Source of the DNA: Octopus bimaculoides
Taxonomy: Eukaryota
Length of the DNA: 64,000 nt
Direction: 5' to 3'
NCBI RefSeq assembly: GCF_001194135.2
Contig: NC_068985.1
Coordinates: 13,803,900-13,867,899, forward strand
The stretch's first letter is position 1. Each line of letters opens with the position of its first letter. This document shows, piece after piece, positions 15,101 to 29,215 of the stretch. Both the position numbers and the translations under genes were made by a program. The notes under the pieces were generated by a model. It was not told the DNA's origin. It saw only the letters and a program-made list of their open reading frames with translations, and made no database searches.

Positions 15101-18100
15101 TAGAAACTCTGCCAAATTAGATTGGAGCCTGGTGTTGCCATCCGGTTTCACCAGTCCTCAATCAAATCGTCCAACCCATGCTAGCATGGAAAGCGGACGT
15201 TAAACGATGATGATGATGATGATGATCGATTCGTCCGTGGTGCGCTAACAGCGCCATCCAAGCGGGATCACTGCCAGAGCAGTGGTCTCGCTCCAGTGCC
15301 GGTGGCACATAAAAAGCACCATCTCAGTGCGATCGTTTCCAGCTTCGCCTTACTGGCACTTGTGCCGGTGGCATGTGAACAAAACATTGGACTGACTCCT
15401 GTGCAGGTGGCACGTAAAGAAACACCATTTGAGCGTGGCCGCTGCTAGTACCGTCGGACTGGCCCTCGTGCCGGTGGCATGTAAAAAGCACCCACTACAC
15501 TCTTGGAGTGGTTGGCGTTAGAAAGGGCATCCAGCTGTAGAAACTCTGCCAGATCAGATTGGAGTCTGGTGTAGCCATCTGGTTAGCCAGTCCCCAGTCA
15601 AATCGTCCAACCCATGCTAGCATGGAAAGTGGACATTAAGCGAAAATGATGATGAATAAAATATATATACACAAATTATAAAATTTAAAAAAATTATACA
15701 GTACAATACTGTTTCTACTTCGCAGATTTTCACCTATCGTTTTAGAACGCAACACCAGCGATAGTTGAGGGATTACTGTACACCATCGATTTTTCTGTAA
15801 CTGACAGTCAGGCATCTCTTTAATCTAGATAAATTATGAGGGTAACATGAAAATTCTTTGGCCACCAGTCTAGTCCACTGCACGACCACAGGTAGCATTG
15901 TGTGTACTGTGTGTTTACACACATTATTTACACTGCCTTTGGTGGTGGTGATGTCAAAATTTTGAGAGATATTCTTATTTTGCTTAAAGTTACTCTAAGC
16001 TATAGTTATTGCAAGTAAGAGAACTGAGAGCCTTCAATGATAAAGTCAAACATAAGCACCAATCCATATCAATCCAAGATAAAATAGAACTGTTGAAAAA
16101 AATTAGCCTGTATTTGCTAAAATCTTCAGCATTTAAACCAACTATATTTGGTTCAAAGATTGTATCTGTTTATATTCAAACTGGCCAGAACTGGTCTCTT
16201 ACACCTACCCTACAATGTCATTCTAAAAGTAAACAATCATATCATTGACATCTTGAAGCTATGAGAAAATACCTGATTAATTCAAAACAATGTGAATGAA
16301 TAAGCATTGAATTTGTCAGAGCAATCTGAATGCTAAAGGGTTAATTTAAGTTTCTAGCACTTCTTGATACTTTAGACCCAAGCAGGGCAGGGGATAATGT
16401 GAACAATATGCAAATTAAACAAAAGGTCAATGACATAACAAAGACATTTCTTTTGAAAAGGATACAAAAGTTTGGCTAAAATTTTGATGATGGGAATTAA
16501 AGAATTTATCCACAGAGTAGGGACCTCCTCGTTCAACATTTTACTATTGATTAACGTCGTCCGCACTTGAAGACCACCGATTCCTCGTAGAAAAAGTTCT
16601 GCCAATGTCAGGGAGGGTTGGCCTTTTGAGAGAAACAACAACAAGGAAATTAAAAACATACAATAATAATAAATGATAAGAGTCAGGGCATTTCATTTAC
16701 AGAATCAAAGGTTCCCACTGAGATTACCAAATGTATACCTTAAATATTACAATCTAACGAGCAAATTAATTAAATTGTTACATTTTTTTTAGCTTACAGT
16801 GAATGCCATGTAATTAGCTCCCAATGAACAGAATCTGTGATTCAGATTTAATTTCAAATCAATCTATTTTTTAATTACCTCTTCTAATGGCCATGTCAAA
16901 AACAGGAATGTTGCAACTCCCATTTCACCACCACTTCCTAACGCCAACCACTCCAAGAGTGTAATGGGTGCTTTTCATGTGCCACCAGCACGAGGGCCAG
17001 TCCGGCGGGACTGGCAACGGCCACGCTCAAATGGTGTTTTTTATGTGCCACCAGCACAGGAGAGGTTCATGTGAGAGGCCAGATTTAGCTGGTTTGAACA
17101 TAAAACAGCTAGAATACTTTGGCCGATTTAAATGCTAAAGGGTTAAATAATTTCCTAATTAAAATGTAATTCAAAATACGTTTGTGGTGTTTTGTATAAT
17201 TTTATGTATTGTTTTCCTTTTTCCATCAAGAGATGAAAGGCAAAATTAGTGGCCTGACTGGCTGCCGTGCCAGTGGAAAGTAAAAAGCACCATTCTAGCG
17301 TAATTGATGCCAGTGCTGCCTGACTGGCCCCCATGCCGGTGGCACGTAAAAGCACCCACTACACTCTTGGAGTGGTTGGCGTTAGGTAGGGCATCCAGCT
17401 GTAGAAACCTTGCCAGATTAGATTGGAGTCTAGTGTAGCCTTCTGGCTTGCCAGTCCCCAGTCAAACCATCCAACCCATGCCAGCATGAAAAGTGGACGT
17501 TAAATGACGACGATGATGATGATAACCGAGGACAAATTTATGTACTCCCTCCATAAACTACAGTTCCCTTTGGTCAAACTCATTCAGAACATGTATATAT
17601 CTGAACACCAACTTGACATCTTGGAACCCAAATCAGATAATGTGTGTTCAAAACACACATTATCCAAGGTGACTTCAAAAAACCAAAATAAGATAAATTG
17701 ACCCTTAATCTTAAGAAAAGCTTATTCTGTCAACAGAATACAAACACTTGAGTTATTGAAGAGGCTCTTAATTTATCGAGGAATTTAAAATGAAAACGTT
17801 TGAAATTTAATTGAAGAACATGACATTCAGCAGGCATAATTGAGCTCTTAATCAGAGCATTTTCCTTATATACCCCACAAAACAAATTCCATCTTCATAT
17901 GTCTTCTTACACCTTCATATGGTCCACATTTACCCCAAATTGTCATAGTTGGCTATTAGATTTATACAAAGGGGTTTCCGATTTCAAAGCATAAAAAGGC
18001 CCACATAAGAACATTAAAAAGGAACCCACTTCAATATATTGAACATTAAGAACGCTGGCACTGACCTGAGCCTATGTGTGGTGTGTATACTGGTGTCTGT

Positions 18101-21100
18101 GCTGTGGCCTCTGATATGTCAAGTGCTGCCAGTTGTGTTAGGTTGAATTCTCTAGAAAACAAAATTCAAATCAGCTGCATATTTTAAATTATCACTCATC
18201 AAAATATAAGACATTTGAAACAAAACAACTTCTACATTTCAAACACAGTCATTATGGACTACGTTCTCCTCCATCTTCCTTTTAAATTTTCAGCACAAGG
18301 CCTTCCTCTACACATAAAATGCACAACTTTCTTTGACTGTACCATGGACTTGAATTATTTTCTCACAGTATTTTATTAGAAATTTCATATTGTATGTACA
18401 CACAGAGACATATACATAGATACATACTGACACCCAATAAGAACAAAATAATTCTTACGAAAGCCACATGCAGTACATTTGGTGATGTGTGCAAAGCTTG
18501 GTCAAACTAGAATTAAATAATGTCAAAGAAGCAGCTCTGAATAAAATAATTCACGTAGAGTCAACAAGTTTGATAAAACTATCTGTTATGGAAATAGTCT
18601 AGAGAGAAAGAACAAAATTATTGTTCCATGAGAAGGAACAAAATTATTTTTAAAGCATCTTAAACTATATTCATTTCTGCAAATTTCAGAAAAATTTTGC
18701 GAAGAGATGTGTTAAAAAAAGAAACTTGCTTCAGGTACAAGAGGGTAGAGAGCTTCTGCTGAAAAATAAATTTCCTGTTTCAGCCTTCAAACAGTTAAAC
18801 TAATAGAAAATATATACATACACTGTATTAGCTGGGCTTGGCAATGCAACAGTAGTCATCACCCACTTCAGAACAAGGTAACACCGAAAATTGAGGATCA
18901 CTTGAGGCATTAAATTGATCTGTAGAGACCAACATCGTCCACTTCCACAATGAGCCTGGAATTAGAGTTCATTAGAATTGGTCAGAGAAGTAATGGTCTT
19001 GAGTTTATACATGGAAACTTGTTATGACAACTTTTATGCTGTATACAACATGCAAGAGATTATTTGAGGGCATAATCATCATCATCATCGTCGTTTAACG
19101 TCCGCTTTCCATGCTAGCATGGGTTGGACGATTTGACTGAGGATTGGTGAAACCAGATGGCTACACCAGGCTCCAATCTGATGTGCTTGGTAAAAGAAGT
19201 TTAGCGCTTATTTTAGTATTCATGTAGTCATCTGCTTTAGATAAGTTACTAGAGCCAGTCAGTCGGTCCTGGCATTGATCATATTTGGATAGTGCTTTTC
19301 ACGTGCTGCCGGCACAGGAGCCAGTCAGGTGGACCTGGCATCGACCACGTTCAAATGATGCTTTTTACGTGCCACTATTCATTTACTGTCTGCTGTCCAA
19401 GCTAGCAAGCTGGAGAGGTTGATCAGGCTCCAGTTGGATTTGGCATGGTTTCTACGGCTGGATACCCTTCCTAACGCCAACCATTTTAGAAAGTGTGCTA
19501 AAGCCAACCACTTTACCAAGTGTGCTTTTTATGTGGCACCGGCACAGGGCTCTTGCAGGCCAATCCTCTTCACCAGGGATGGTGGCCATAACACTTCTGC
19601 TGAGGAGTACGAGTCAACACTCCAAAAAATAATTATTTCACGTTCTCTCAAAGTTTATACTTATGACATCAAGATGGAAGATGTTTAAAAGAATTACAGA
19701 TAAATGAATGGTTCTAGAATACAAACAAAATCAATAAAGTTTTTTTACCTGGTCACCACATTTCATTGCAATTAAGAGCAGCAAAAGGAGGTCACGAGTG
19801 GCATTTAGACGAGTGCAAACAAAATGTTCCATATGTGCAATAATGACAGATGTTGCACAGTTACTTGCAAAAAGCTGACCCCAATCAATCTGTGATAAGA
19901 GACCTGCAAAGAAAGAAAGAAAGCAGAATGATTACATTTTTTTTTTTTTTAATTCCTTTACTTAAATTTCAAATAGAATATTTATAACATGTTTACTCAA
20001 GCTTAGAACTGGGGCAGGATAGATTTTCAAATTTAGACATTAATTCTTTGATCCAACCTGTTTGGTCAATCTTTTACAGCCATTGGACAAATGTTGAGAT
20101 GCGCTTTATTTTCCCTTGCACAACTACCTGCTATCTTCCACACTTTTATTTACATGTAATTAAAGAAAATATTTAGCAGATTTAGCTGTTGTTTCTAGTA
20201 CATTGCATGGCCACCTGCTGTCTTCCATGCTTTTATTTACATGTAACTAAAGAAAATATTTAGCAGATTTAGCTGTTGTTTCTAGCACATTGCATGACTA
20301 CCTGCTGTCCTAATTTCCATGGCATATAAATTCTTCATCTGGACAGGACGTAGGGGCTGGTTTCCTAGTTGTTATGGCGCATATATTCCCCATCTGGACA
20401 GGACACTGGTCTGTTTGCAAGATTATTCATTTCTGCCAGCTGAGTTTCACTCAAGAACACAACGCATTGCCTGGTCCAGGAATTGAAACCACAATGTTAC
20501 GAACACGAGTCCAACACCCTAATCACTAAGCCACGCACCTCCACATATCACTCACTATGGAACCACATATACAGAGAAAAGCATTTCAAACTTACGTGAT
20601 GACTCATTCAGATCCAAAGAGTCTAGTTGTAGTGTGCTGAGGTTTAAATGGGCCGAAATCACACGAACAGCGCTGACTAAATCAATTACATTTTCCAAGT
20701 GAGATTTGATGTTGTCAATCAGAAGGTCATTCAAAGCTAAACTGATTTTAGATAAACAGAAAAGAAAAAAGAATTCATAAACAGAAACAATCTAATAACA
20801 ATTTTCTAAGCAGATACAAAAACATTATATAAATAACGTCATATGTAAACAAACTTAAGTTTGTTTTTGAAGCGCTGAAATGTATTGTAGTACAAGTAGA
20901 AAGATATATTTTTTTCAACGCGTAAATACTGATAGAACCGTATACATGGGATAACATCCCTTACAGAGCAGAAAAATCTGTCAGCAACCAGCCATGAGAA
21001 TCGAACTCACATCCTTTTGATTTCCGGTCAAGTGCTCTACCATTAAGTTAAACTGCTTTACTGACAAATTCTGCAATTTAGAACTTTTTTCTCGAGTTAA

Positions 21101-23856
21101 AGTATTTCAACTTTTTACTAATTTAATTTTCTGCAGGTCCAATACCAGCTTGATGTCTGGGGTGAATAAGGCACAAAAAAACTGTACAATATGAAAGGGA
21201 TTTAAAAGACCAAATATACTGCATCATCCATTGTGCGGAGTAAGAAAGAAGGCATTCTGATCTTGGGTAGAAGGGTCCATTTGAAAAATATATTGCAGTC
21301 TCCAATCAAAGCCAATATAAGCAGCTATAAACCTGCAAATTGTTGTTGGAGGTATAGGGTAGAAGTACAAAGGATGTGTGTCCAAGGACCCTGAAAAGAG
21401 TCCAGGTTGGAACAACCATTAAGGATTGGGAAATGGAATGTCTAATGATAGTTGCTTCTGATAAGACTCTATGGAAGTAGATGCCTGAGGATTCTACCCT
21501 AACAACTCTCCCAGGAGTAATGGGCAGAGAAGATGGATGGATGACTAATTTAATGAATTGCATCAAAATTTTTTTTTAAGAAAAATCTGATAATTTTAAT
21601 ATCTAACTGAAATTCCTATTTGGATATCAATACTACAGGAATAAATTCTATTTTATACCCTAATTGGGTTTTATAATAAGTACATTGTATCCCTAAGTGT
21701 TGTAAGAGTGGATTAAATGAGTTGGAGACAAGGAGAGTATCCAGCTGTAAAATACAGCTGTATAAAACCTGTCCAACTCATACCAGAATGGAAAAGCAGA
21801 CAAACAATAATGATGACAATTCTTTCTATGAATATGACAAACATAATATTTGAGAAGCCTTATAAGGACTTGCATCTCAGTTACTCTGCTTGAAGAAATA
21901 TTTAAACCAAATGCAATATCAGTAATATAGGTAACCAGAAAGCCCTAATACAAGATTACAAAATTAAAGAGTTAGATAAAAGACATCTTGTAAATGTAGT
22001 TGTTTGCAACTGGTATTTTTAGACTTCATTTTCTGTCTTTATGATAACTTGAGTGTTCCGTTGCAATAGGTCAAGCCTTTCTGATTTCTGCAGGAGAAAT
22101 CTGAAATTGAAATCGAACCGAATCCGATGACTGGCACCCATGCCAACCTCTCCTTCATTGGACACTAAACTCTGCTTGAAAAGACCTATTGGGGCAAGTG
22201 AAATCGTAATTGAACCATACTCGATGACTGGTCACCACGCCAGTGGAGCACTAACAGCACTGTCGAGCATGTTCATTGCCAGAGCAGCCGTCTGGCTTCC
22301 ATGCTAGTGGCCCATAAATAGCACCATTTGAGCATAATCGTTACCAGTGTTGCCTTCTAGCGCTTGTGCTGTTGGTACGTTAGAAAATCATTCGAGCGAG
22401 GTCGTTGCCAGTGCCGCTGGACTGGCTCCTGTGCAAGTGGCATGTAAAAAACACCTTTTTGAGCGTGGTCGTTGCCAGTACCGTCTGACTGGCCTTCGTG
22501 CCGGTGGCACATAAAAGCACCCACTACACTCTCGGAGTGGTTGGCATTAGGAAGGGCATCCAGCTGTAGAAACTGCCAAATCAGATTGGAGCATGGTGCA
22601 GCCATCCGGTTCACCAGTCCTCAGTCAAATCGTCCAATCCATGCTAGCATGGAAAGAGGACATTAAACGATGATGATGAATTCTAGGAGAAATTAACTGT
22701 AGTACTTCAATGTGAAAGTGCATGGCCTAGTGGTTAGGGTGTTGCACTCATGATTGCCAAATCATGGGTTCGATTTCCAGACTGCGTGGCGTATTGTGTT
22801 CTAGAGCAAAACACTTCATTTCTCCCTGCTCCAGCGCTCCGTGGGTACCAGCATATCAAAGACCGGACCCAGCATTTCCTCTGTGTTGTAAAACAAGGTG
22901 ACTAAAAAACGTTAAGGTGAGATTTGCACTCCAGCCTCATAAAACCCTCACCAGCAATGATTACCCAAACAAACACATGGGTTAGAGGCTTGTCCCCTGA
23001 ATGGCACAAAGGTGTCATCAGCCAGGAGTTGGCCATCACCAACAAATGACCGATGCAGCAAGATGTTGCTACAGCACGTACCCCCATACTATTACTAATA
23101 CTTCAATTACACAGCTAATCAAACAACAACCAGCAAGTCATAATAAAGGGTTGCATACATACAGAACCATGAAACATTGATGTCATACTTTTTTTCCTTT
23201 CAATTGTTTGAGTCATTTGACTGCAGCCATACTAGAGCACCACCTTTAGTCGAACGAATCGACTCCAGGACTTATTCTTTGTAAGCCTAGTACTTATTCC
23301 ATTGGTCTCTTTTGCTGAACCGCTAGGTTACAGGGATGTAAACACACCAACACCAGTTGTCAATGCGATGGTGGGGGCAAACAGACACACAAACACACAC
23401 ACATATATATATATATGTATATATGTATATATATATATATATAATTATGTGTATTTCTTCTATCTTAATGAATAAAAATTCTTCGGATAGAATAAATGGG
23501 TTAATAGAAACCAATGTAGCAAAGAACACAAAATAACTGTGGTTTAGTTCCTGTTTTTAAGGCAGGAACTCCTTGAAATTTTGGGTATTTGAGTATATTT
23601 AAAAATTTAAGGAATGGAGAAAACGCATGTTATATAACATNNNNNNNNNNNNNNNNNNNNNNNNNNNNNNNNNNNNNNNNNNNNNNNNNNNNNNNNNNNN
23701 NNNNNNNNNNNNNNNNNNNNNNNNNNNNNNNNNNNNNNNNNNNNNNNNNNNNNNNNNNNNNNNNNNNNNNNNNNNNNNNNNNNNNNNNNNNNNNNNNNNN
23801 NNNNNNNNNNNNNNNNNNNNNNNNNNNNNNNNNNNNNNNNNNNNNNNNNNNNNNNN

Positions 23857-23890
<34 letters not shown>

Positions 23891-26800
23891 GACAGACTTC
23901 TTTCAGTTTCTGTCTACCAAATCCACTCACAAGGTTTTGGTTGGCCTGAGGCTATAGAAGAAGACACTTGCCCAAGGCACCATGCAGTGGGACTGAACCC
24001 AGAACCATGTGGTTGGGAAACAAGCTTCTTACCACACAGCCATGTTTGTGCATATACTTAAATACAAATTATAGAAAACTTTGAAAGCACATACCAAGAA
24101 TCTACCAAGCTTCCAGCAGCCTGTTCAAGGTCGAGGGTCACTGAAGCTTCGTATTCCAGTTGGCTCCCAAGGTCCTCACTGACATCTCCAGCTATAAGCT
24201 GCATACATTTGAATACATGCAGCACATCTGTGACCATGTGGCCCTCTACAAAACAACAATAAATAATTCAAATATCATCAACACAGTAACGTAATACATT
24301 GTCCTCAACAACAACAACAACATCAATAATGTATCAGATGATCCACTTAGTCTAATGACTGGCCAGTCTACTGACTGAAGCAAGTATGATACAAAGACCC
24401 CTATTCTCACTATATGATGATGTGACAATAGAATCGCCTCAGGTTAGACCCTTGGTCTCCGTTGTTATAGCTATTGGTTCGATCCGTGCAATGACTAAAG
24501 GAAATAGTCTAATAAAGGGGCATATGAGCCCTCGACAGAAAAAAGGAAGGCCTTACGCACATTATTCAAGGTGATGACTTGTGACCGAGACGTTTGGAAA
24601 TATGCAGTGCGTGAGAAGACTCGGCAAACCAAGTGAAACCATAATCCAAGGCCTCTGCCAGGGGTGTAGCCAGCCCACTTATGCGTACCTTTCCTTCATT
24701 GGACACTAAACTCTGTTTGCGAAGACCTGTTGACGCAAATGAAATCGATCCAAATTCGACGACTGGCACCCATGCCAACCTCTCCTTCATTGGACACTAA
24801 ACTTGGCTTGTGAAGACCTGTTGGAGCAAGTAAAATCGAAATCGTGATTGAACCAAATTCGATGACTGGCACCCGTGCCAGTGGAGCACTAAGAGCACTG
24901 TCCGAGCATGATCATTGCCAGAGCATTTGTCTGGCTTCCATGCCAGTGGCATGTAAATAGCACCATTTGAGCGTGATCATTACCAGCATCGCCTTACTGG
25001 CACTTGTGCCGGTGGCGCATGAAAAAACATTCGAGCGAGATCGTTGCCAGTGCCGCTGGACTGGCTCCTGTGCAGGTAGCACGTAAAATACACCATTTCG
25101 AGCGTGGCCATTGCCAGTACTGCCTGACTAGCCCTCGTGCTTGTGGCACGTAAAAGCACCCACTACACTCTCGGAGTGGTTGGCGTTAGGAAGGGCATCC
25201 AGCTGTAGAAACTCTGCCAGATCAGATTGGAGCCTGGTGCAGCCATCTGGTTCGCCAGTCCTCAGTCAAATCTTGCAACCCATGCTAGCATGGAAGGCGG
25301 ATGTCAAACGATGATGACTATATTAGGAGATATTCAGGTTAGAGAGGTGAGTGATAGAGAACATGAATATATAAATATGCAGATACCAGCTTTTAGAGTG
25401 AAAAACAAGTAAAAAGTGTCCCCTACACTTCAGAGATGGACTATAAATAAGGGTTGAGAAATTTGTGACACTGAGAGGAGTTTGTGGTTTGTGTGAAAGT
25501 AAAAGGCAATGTGTAAGGTCTAGGTTTGATTAGAGTTCAAAGCTGTTAGAGAAGAGACAAGCAAATGGTCTGGTAGGTTTAGTTTTTTGCATATAGGGAA
25601 ATGTAGAGGGTATTGGGGCATTTTGAGGTCATGGTAACTCCTTATCTATATATACTGACAATGCCGATATCACCTAACTGGCACGGGAAAAGCACCTTTC
25701 AAGTGTTGGGCCTCACAGAGGCAATGTGGGCGATGCTGATGCCATGTAATTAGCACCTGTGCCAACGGCACGTAAAAAGCACCCTCTGAGCATCACAGAA
25801 GTAATGTGGCCAATGCCAGTGTCAGGTAACTAGCACCTGTACCAGTGTTGTACCAGTGGCACATAAAAAGCATCTTCCAACTGTTGGGCCTCACGGAGGC
25901 AATGACAAAGAGCGAGACCTTCAGCAACATGCCTGAGTAGAAGACCCATCAAGCCAAGTGAAATCATAGTTGTGGAAGATACTGGTGTCAACCAACTGGC
26001 ACCCATGTTGGTGGCATGTAAAAGCACCCATTACACTCTTGGGAGTGGTTGGCATTAGGAAGGGTATCCAGCTGTAGAAACCATGCCAAATCAGACTGGA
26101 GTATGGCACAGCCCCTCAGCTTGCCAGCCCTGGTCAAACTGTCCACTCCATGCCAGCATGGACAATGGACGTATGATGATGATGATGATGATGAGATCCA
26201 TGGGCCAGGAAGCAGTGATAAACTTGGCTGCCAAGAGGGTACAAAATACAGAGATTGCAACATAACATTCTATCATCCTATAGAGTTAACCACTGCATAA
26301 TGTAGTATGGTCCTCTCAGTTCAGCAAAGGATATGGTTTATCTAGACCTTGAGATTTGTGAGTCATGTCTCACCATTTGTCTGACTACCTGTGTGCCATC
26401 AGTACAGGTGTTACAAAGGGCATCCAGTGATAGAAACCATGCCAAAACAGACAAATGGAGCCTAGCCAGCTCGTGTCAAACCGTCCAACCCAGGCCAGCA
26501 TAGAAAACGGATGTTGAATGATGGTAGAGCTACAAAACATAATAGTTTTTTTTTGTTTAGAGATCAGCAAAATTAGCAGTGCTGTAGAGTCCATGCGGCA
26601 GCTGTAGATCAGAGTCACCAAGTGACAGCAACAAATAATCAAAATGATAAACAAACACACACACACATAAAACAAGAAAGAAACTATTGTTTTACTACAA
26701 TGCAAACAATTACCTGCTCTGCATTCGACAGCATTGAGAAGGACAACAGCAGCTTCAGCATTACCGTCTCCAATGTAAAGCTCTTCAACAATGTCACAGG

Positions 26801-29175
26801 GACAAAAATAAGTCAGATGATTCTGTGATGGAGAAATAAAGAGAATATCAATTATTTAAAGTAATTAGTGAGTCATTCTGTAATGGAAATAGAACAGTGG
26901 GGGTACTTAATAACAGGAAATATGAATAAGAATATCAGTTAATTAGTAGCGAGTGAGGTACTCGATCATTTAAAGTAATGAGTGGGGTACATGTTAATTA
27001 AAAGTAGTTAATTGTGTATTTCATCATCGTCATTTAACGTCTGCTTTCCATGCCAGCATGGGTTGGACGATTTGACTAGGGACTGGCGAACCAGACTCCA
27101 ATCTGATCTGGCAGAGCTTCTACAGCTGGATGCCCTTCCTAATGCCAACCACTCCGAGAGTGTAGTGGGTGCTTTTTACGTGCCACTGGCACGAGGGCCA
27201 GTCCAGCGGTACTGGCAACGACCATGCTCAAATGGTGTTTTTTACGTGCCAAGTCAATGGTATAACTAATAACGGAAATAGTCATAGGAGTACATGATAA
27301 CTAAAAATAATCAGTGGAGCACCAAATTATTTTCTAATTTTGGTACAAGGCCAGCAATTATGAGAAGAGGATGATGATGCCAGATTGTCTCCTTGCCTTG
27401 ACTTCACGTGATGGTCGTTAAACAAGCATCACTGTAGAAGTGGGGCTGTTTGTTTCCAACACTTTTGTGAAAACACGTCTGGCCATGGCAAAATATCACC
27501 TTGTTTGGAAACAGGTGAGGGTTGGGAACAGGAAGGCATCCAGCTGTTCAGAACAGCAAGGCATTCATTTGATCCATGCAAGCATTGAAAACTGGGCATT
27601 AAACAGGGGGGGGGGAGAGAAAGAGAAGTACTTGGCAGGTATTATTTTATTGGCTGTGATTAATACTAAACTAGGGGTGGTGGTGGTGGGGATGACAGAT
27701 AACAATAACCTTTTTTTTTTTTTTACTTCCAACAAAAAACTGACTGAAACAGCTAAAATTCTTCACATAAAACACTGAAAAATTACCTTTCGTATGCAGN
27801 NNNNNNNNNNNNNNNNNNNNNNNNNNNNNNNNNNNNNNNNNNNNNNNNNNNNNNNNNNNNNNNNNNNNNNNNNNNNNNNNNNNNNNNNNNNNNNNNNNNN
27901 NNNNNNNNNNNNNNNNNNNNNNNNNNNNNNNNNNNNNNNNNNNNNNNNNNNNNNNNNNNNNNNNNNNNNNNNNNNNNNNNNNNNNNNNNNNNNNNNNNNN
28001 NNNNNNNNNNNNNNNNNNNNNNNNNNNNNNNNNNNNNNNNNNNNNNNNNNNNNNNNNNNNNNNNNNNNNNNNNNNNNNNNNNNNNNNNNNNNNNNNNNNN
28101 NNNNNNNNNNNNNNNNNNNNNNNNNNNNNNNNNNNNNNNNNNNNNNNNNNNNNNNNNNNNNNNNNNNNNNNNNNNNNNNNNNNNNNNNNNNNNNNNNNNN
28201 NNNNNNNNNNNNNNNNNACTGGGCCAATCTAATCGACTACCCCCTCCCCCCTCACCAAAATTCCAGGCCTTGTGCCTACAGTAAAAAAGAATATTTAAAG
28301 GTGGCGTGCTGGCAGAAACGTTAGCACGCCGGGCGAAATGCTTAGTGGTATTTCGTCTGTTTTTACGTTCTGGGTTCAAATTCCACTGAGGTCAACTTTG
28401 CCTTTCATCCTTTCGGGGGGGGGGGGGTCGATAAATTAAGTACCAGTTGCATATTGGGATCGATCTAATCAACCGCATCCCCCACCTACCCAAAAATTTC
28501 AGGACTTGTGTCTAGAGTAGAAAAGAATAAGATCATTTCTGCGCATATAGAAAGTTTTGTTTAGCTACCATATTTGGCACAGAACAAGTGACATCGACCT
28601 CCTTTCTTGTATTCCTTGAAAGGATTTAAACCCAAAACAACACTGGACAATTAGACAGTGCTCCTCCTATCTATTTACACTTGGACATCGATGAAAGAGA
28701 AAATTACTCAAGGCCTTAACTCTAGCATTCAGGATTACTCTGTCAAATGTAATGCATATTTATTCACATTGTTTTGAATTACTCATGCATTATCTTGCAG
28801 CTTTGAGATTTCAGTGATGTGATCAATTAGTTTTAGGATGACATTGTAGGGTAGGTGTGAGAGGCCAGATCTGGCTGGTTTGAACATAAACCAGGAAGGA
28901 TATTTTGGTTAGACATGGCCAGTTTAAATGCTAAAGGGTAACAGATATTAGCAGCCCTAAGCAACAGCAAGAAGCTCACAAGCCTCTTTGTTGGCTGATG
29001 AAGGTTTCTATTCTTTTATTTGTTTCAGTCATTTGACTGTGGCCATGCTGGAGCACCGCCTTTAGTCGAGCAAATCGACCCCAGGACTTATTCTATCAAT
29101 CTTTTTTGCCGAACCACTAGGTTACAGGGATGTAAACACACCAACATCGGTTGTCAAGCGATGGTAGGAGGACAA

Positions 29176-29215
<40 letters not shown>

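Larger units (their letters stand above)
14023..16465 (-). other. U12-type (minor spliceosome) GT-AG intron of Nup160
   Basis: 5' site GTATCCTTTT (16465-16456); branch site TCCTTAAC (14043-14036) 10 nt before the terminal CAG; splicing restores ..AKLL-WP.. Confidence 0.92.

Noticed and set aside
21121-21566. Purine-rich stretch with several short ORFs
   Set aside because: Possibly a decayed retroelement, but no diagnostic motif; exons 16 and 17 join in phase without it.
22865-22906. CCCAGCATTTCCTCTG...GACTAA after a SINE E head, reminiscent of an HDV-like ribozyme
   Set aside because: P1, P1.1 and P2 could not be built by hand; single degraded copy.
24640-25320. Tandem GC-rich sub-repeats that could be read as a CRISPR-like array
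   Set aside because: Eukaryotic intron, no unique spacers, no cas genes; directly attached to an RTE ORF end.
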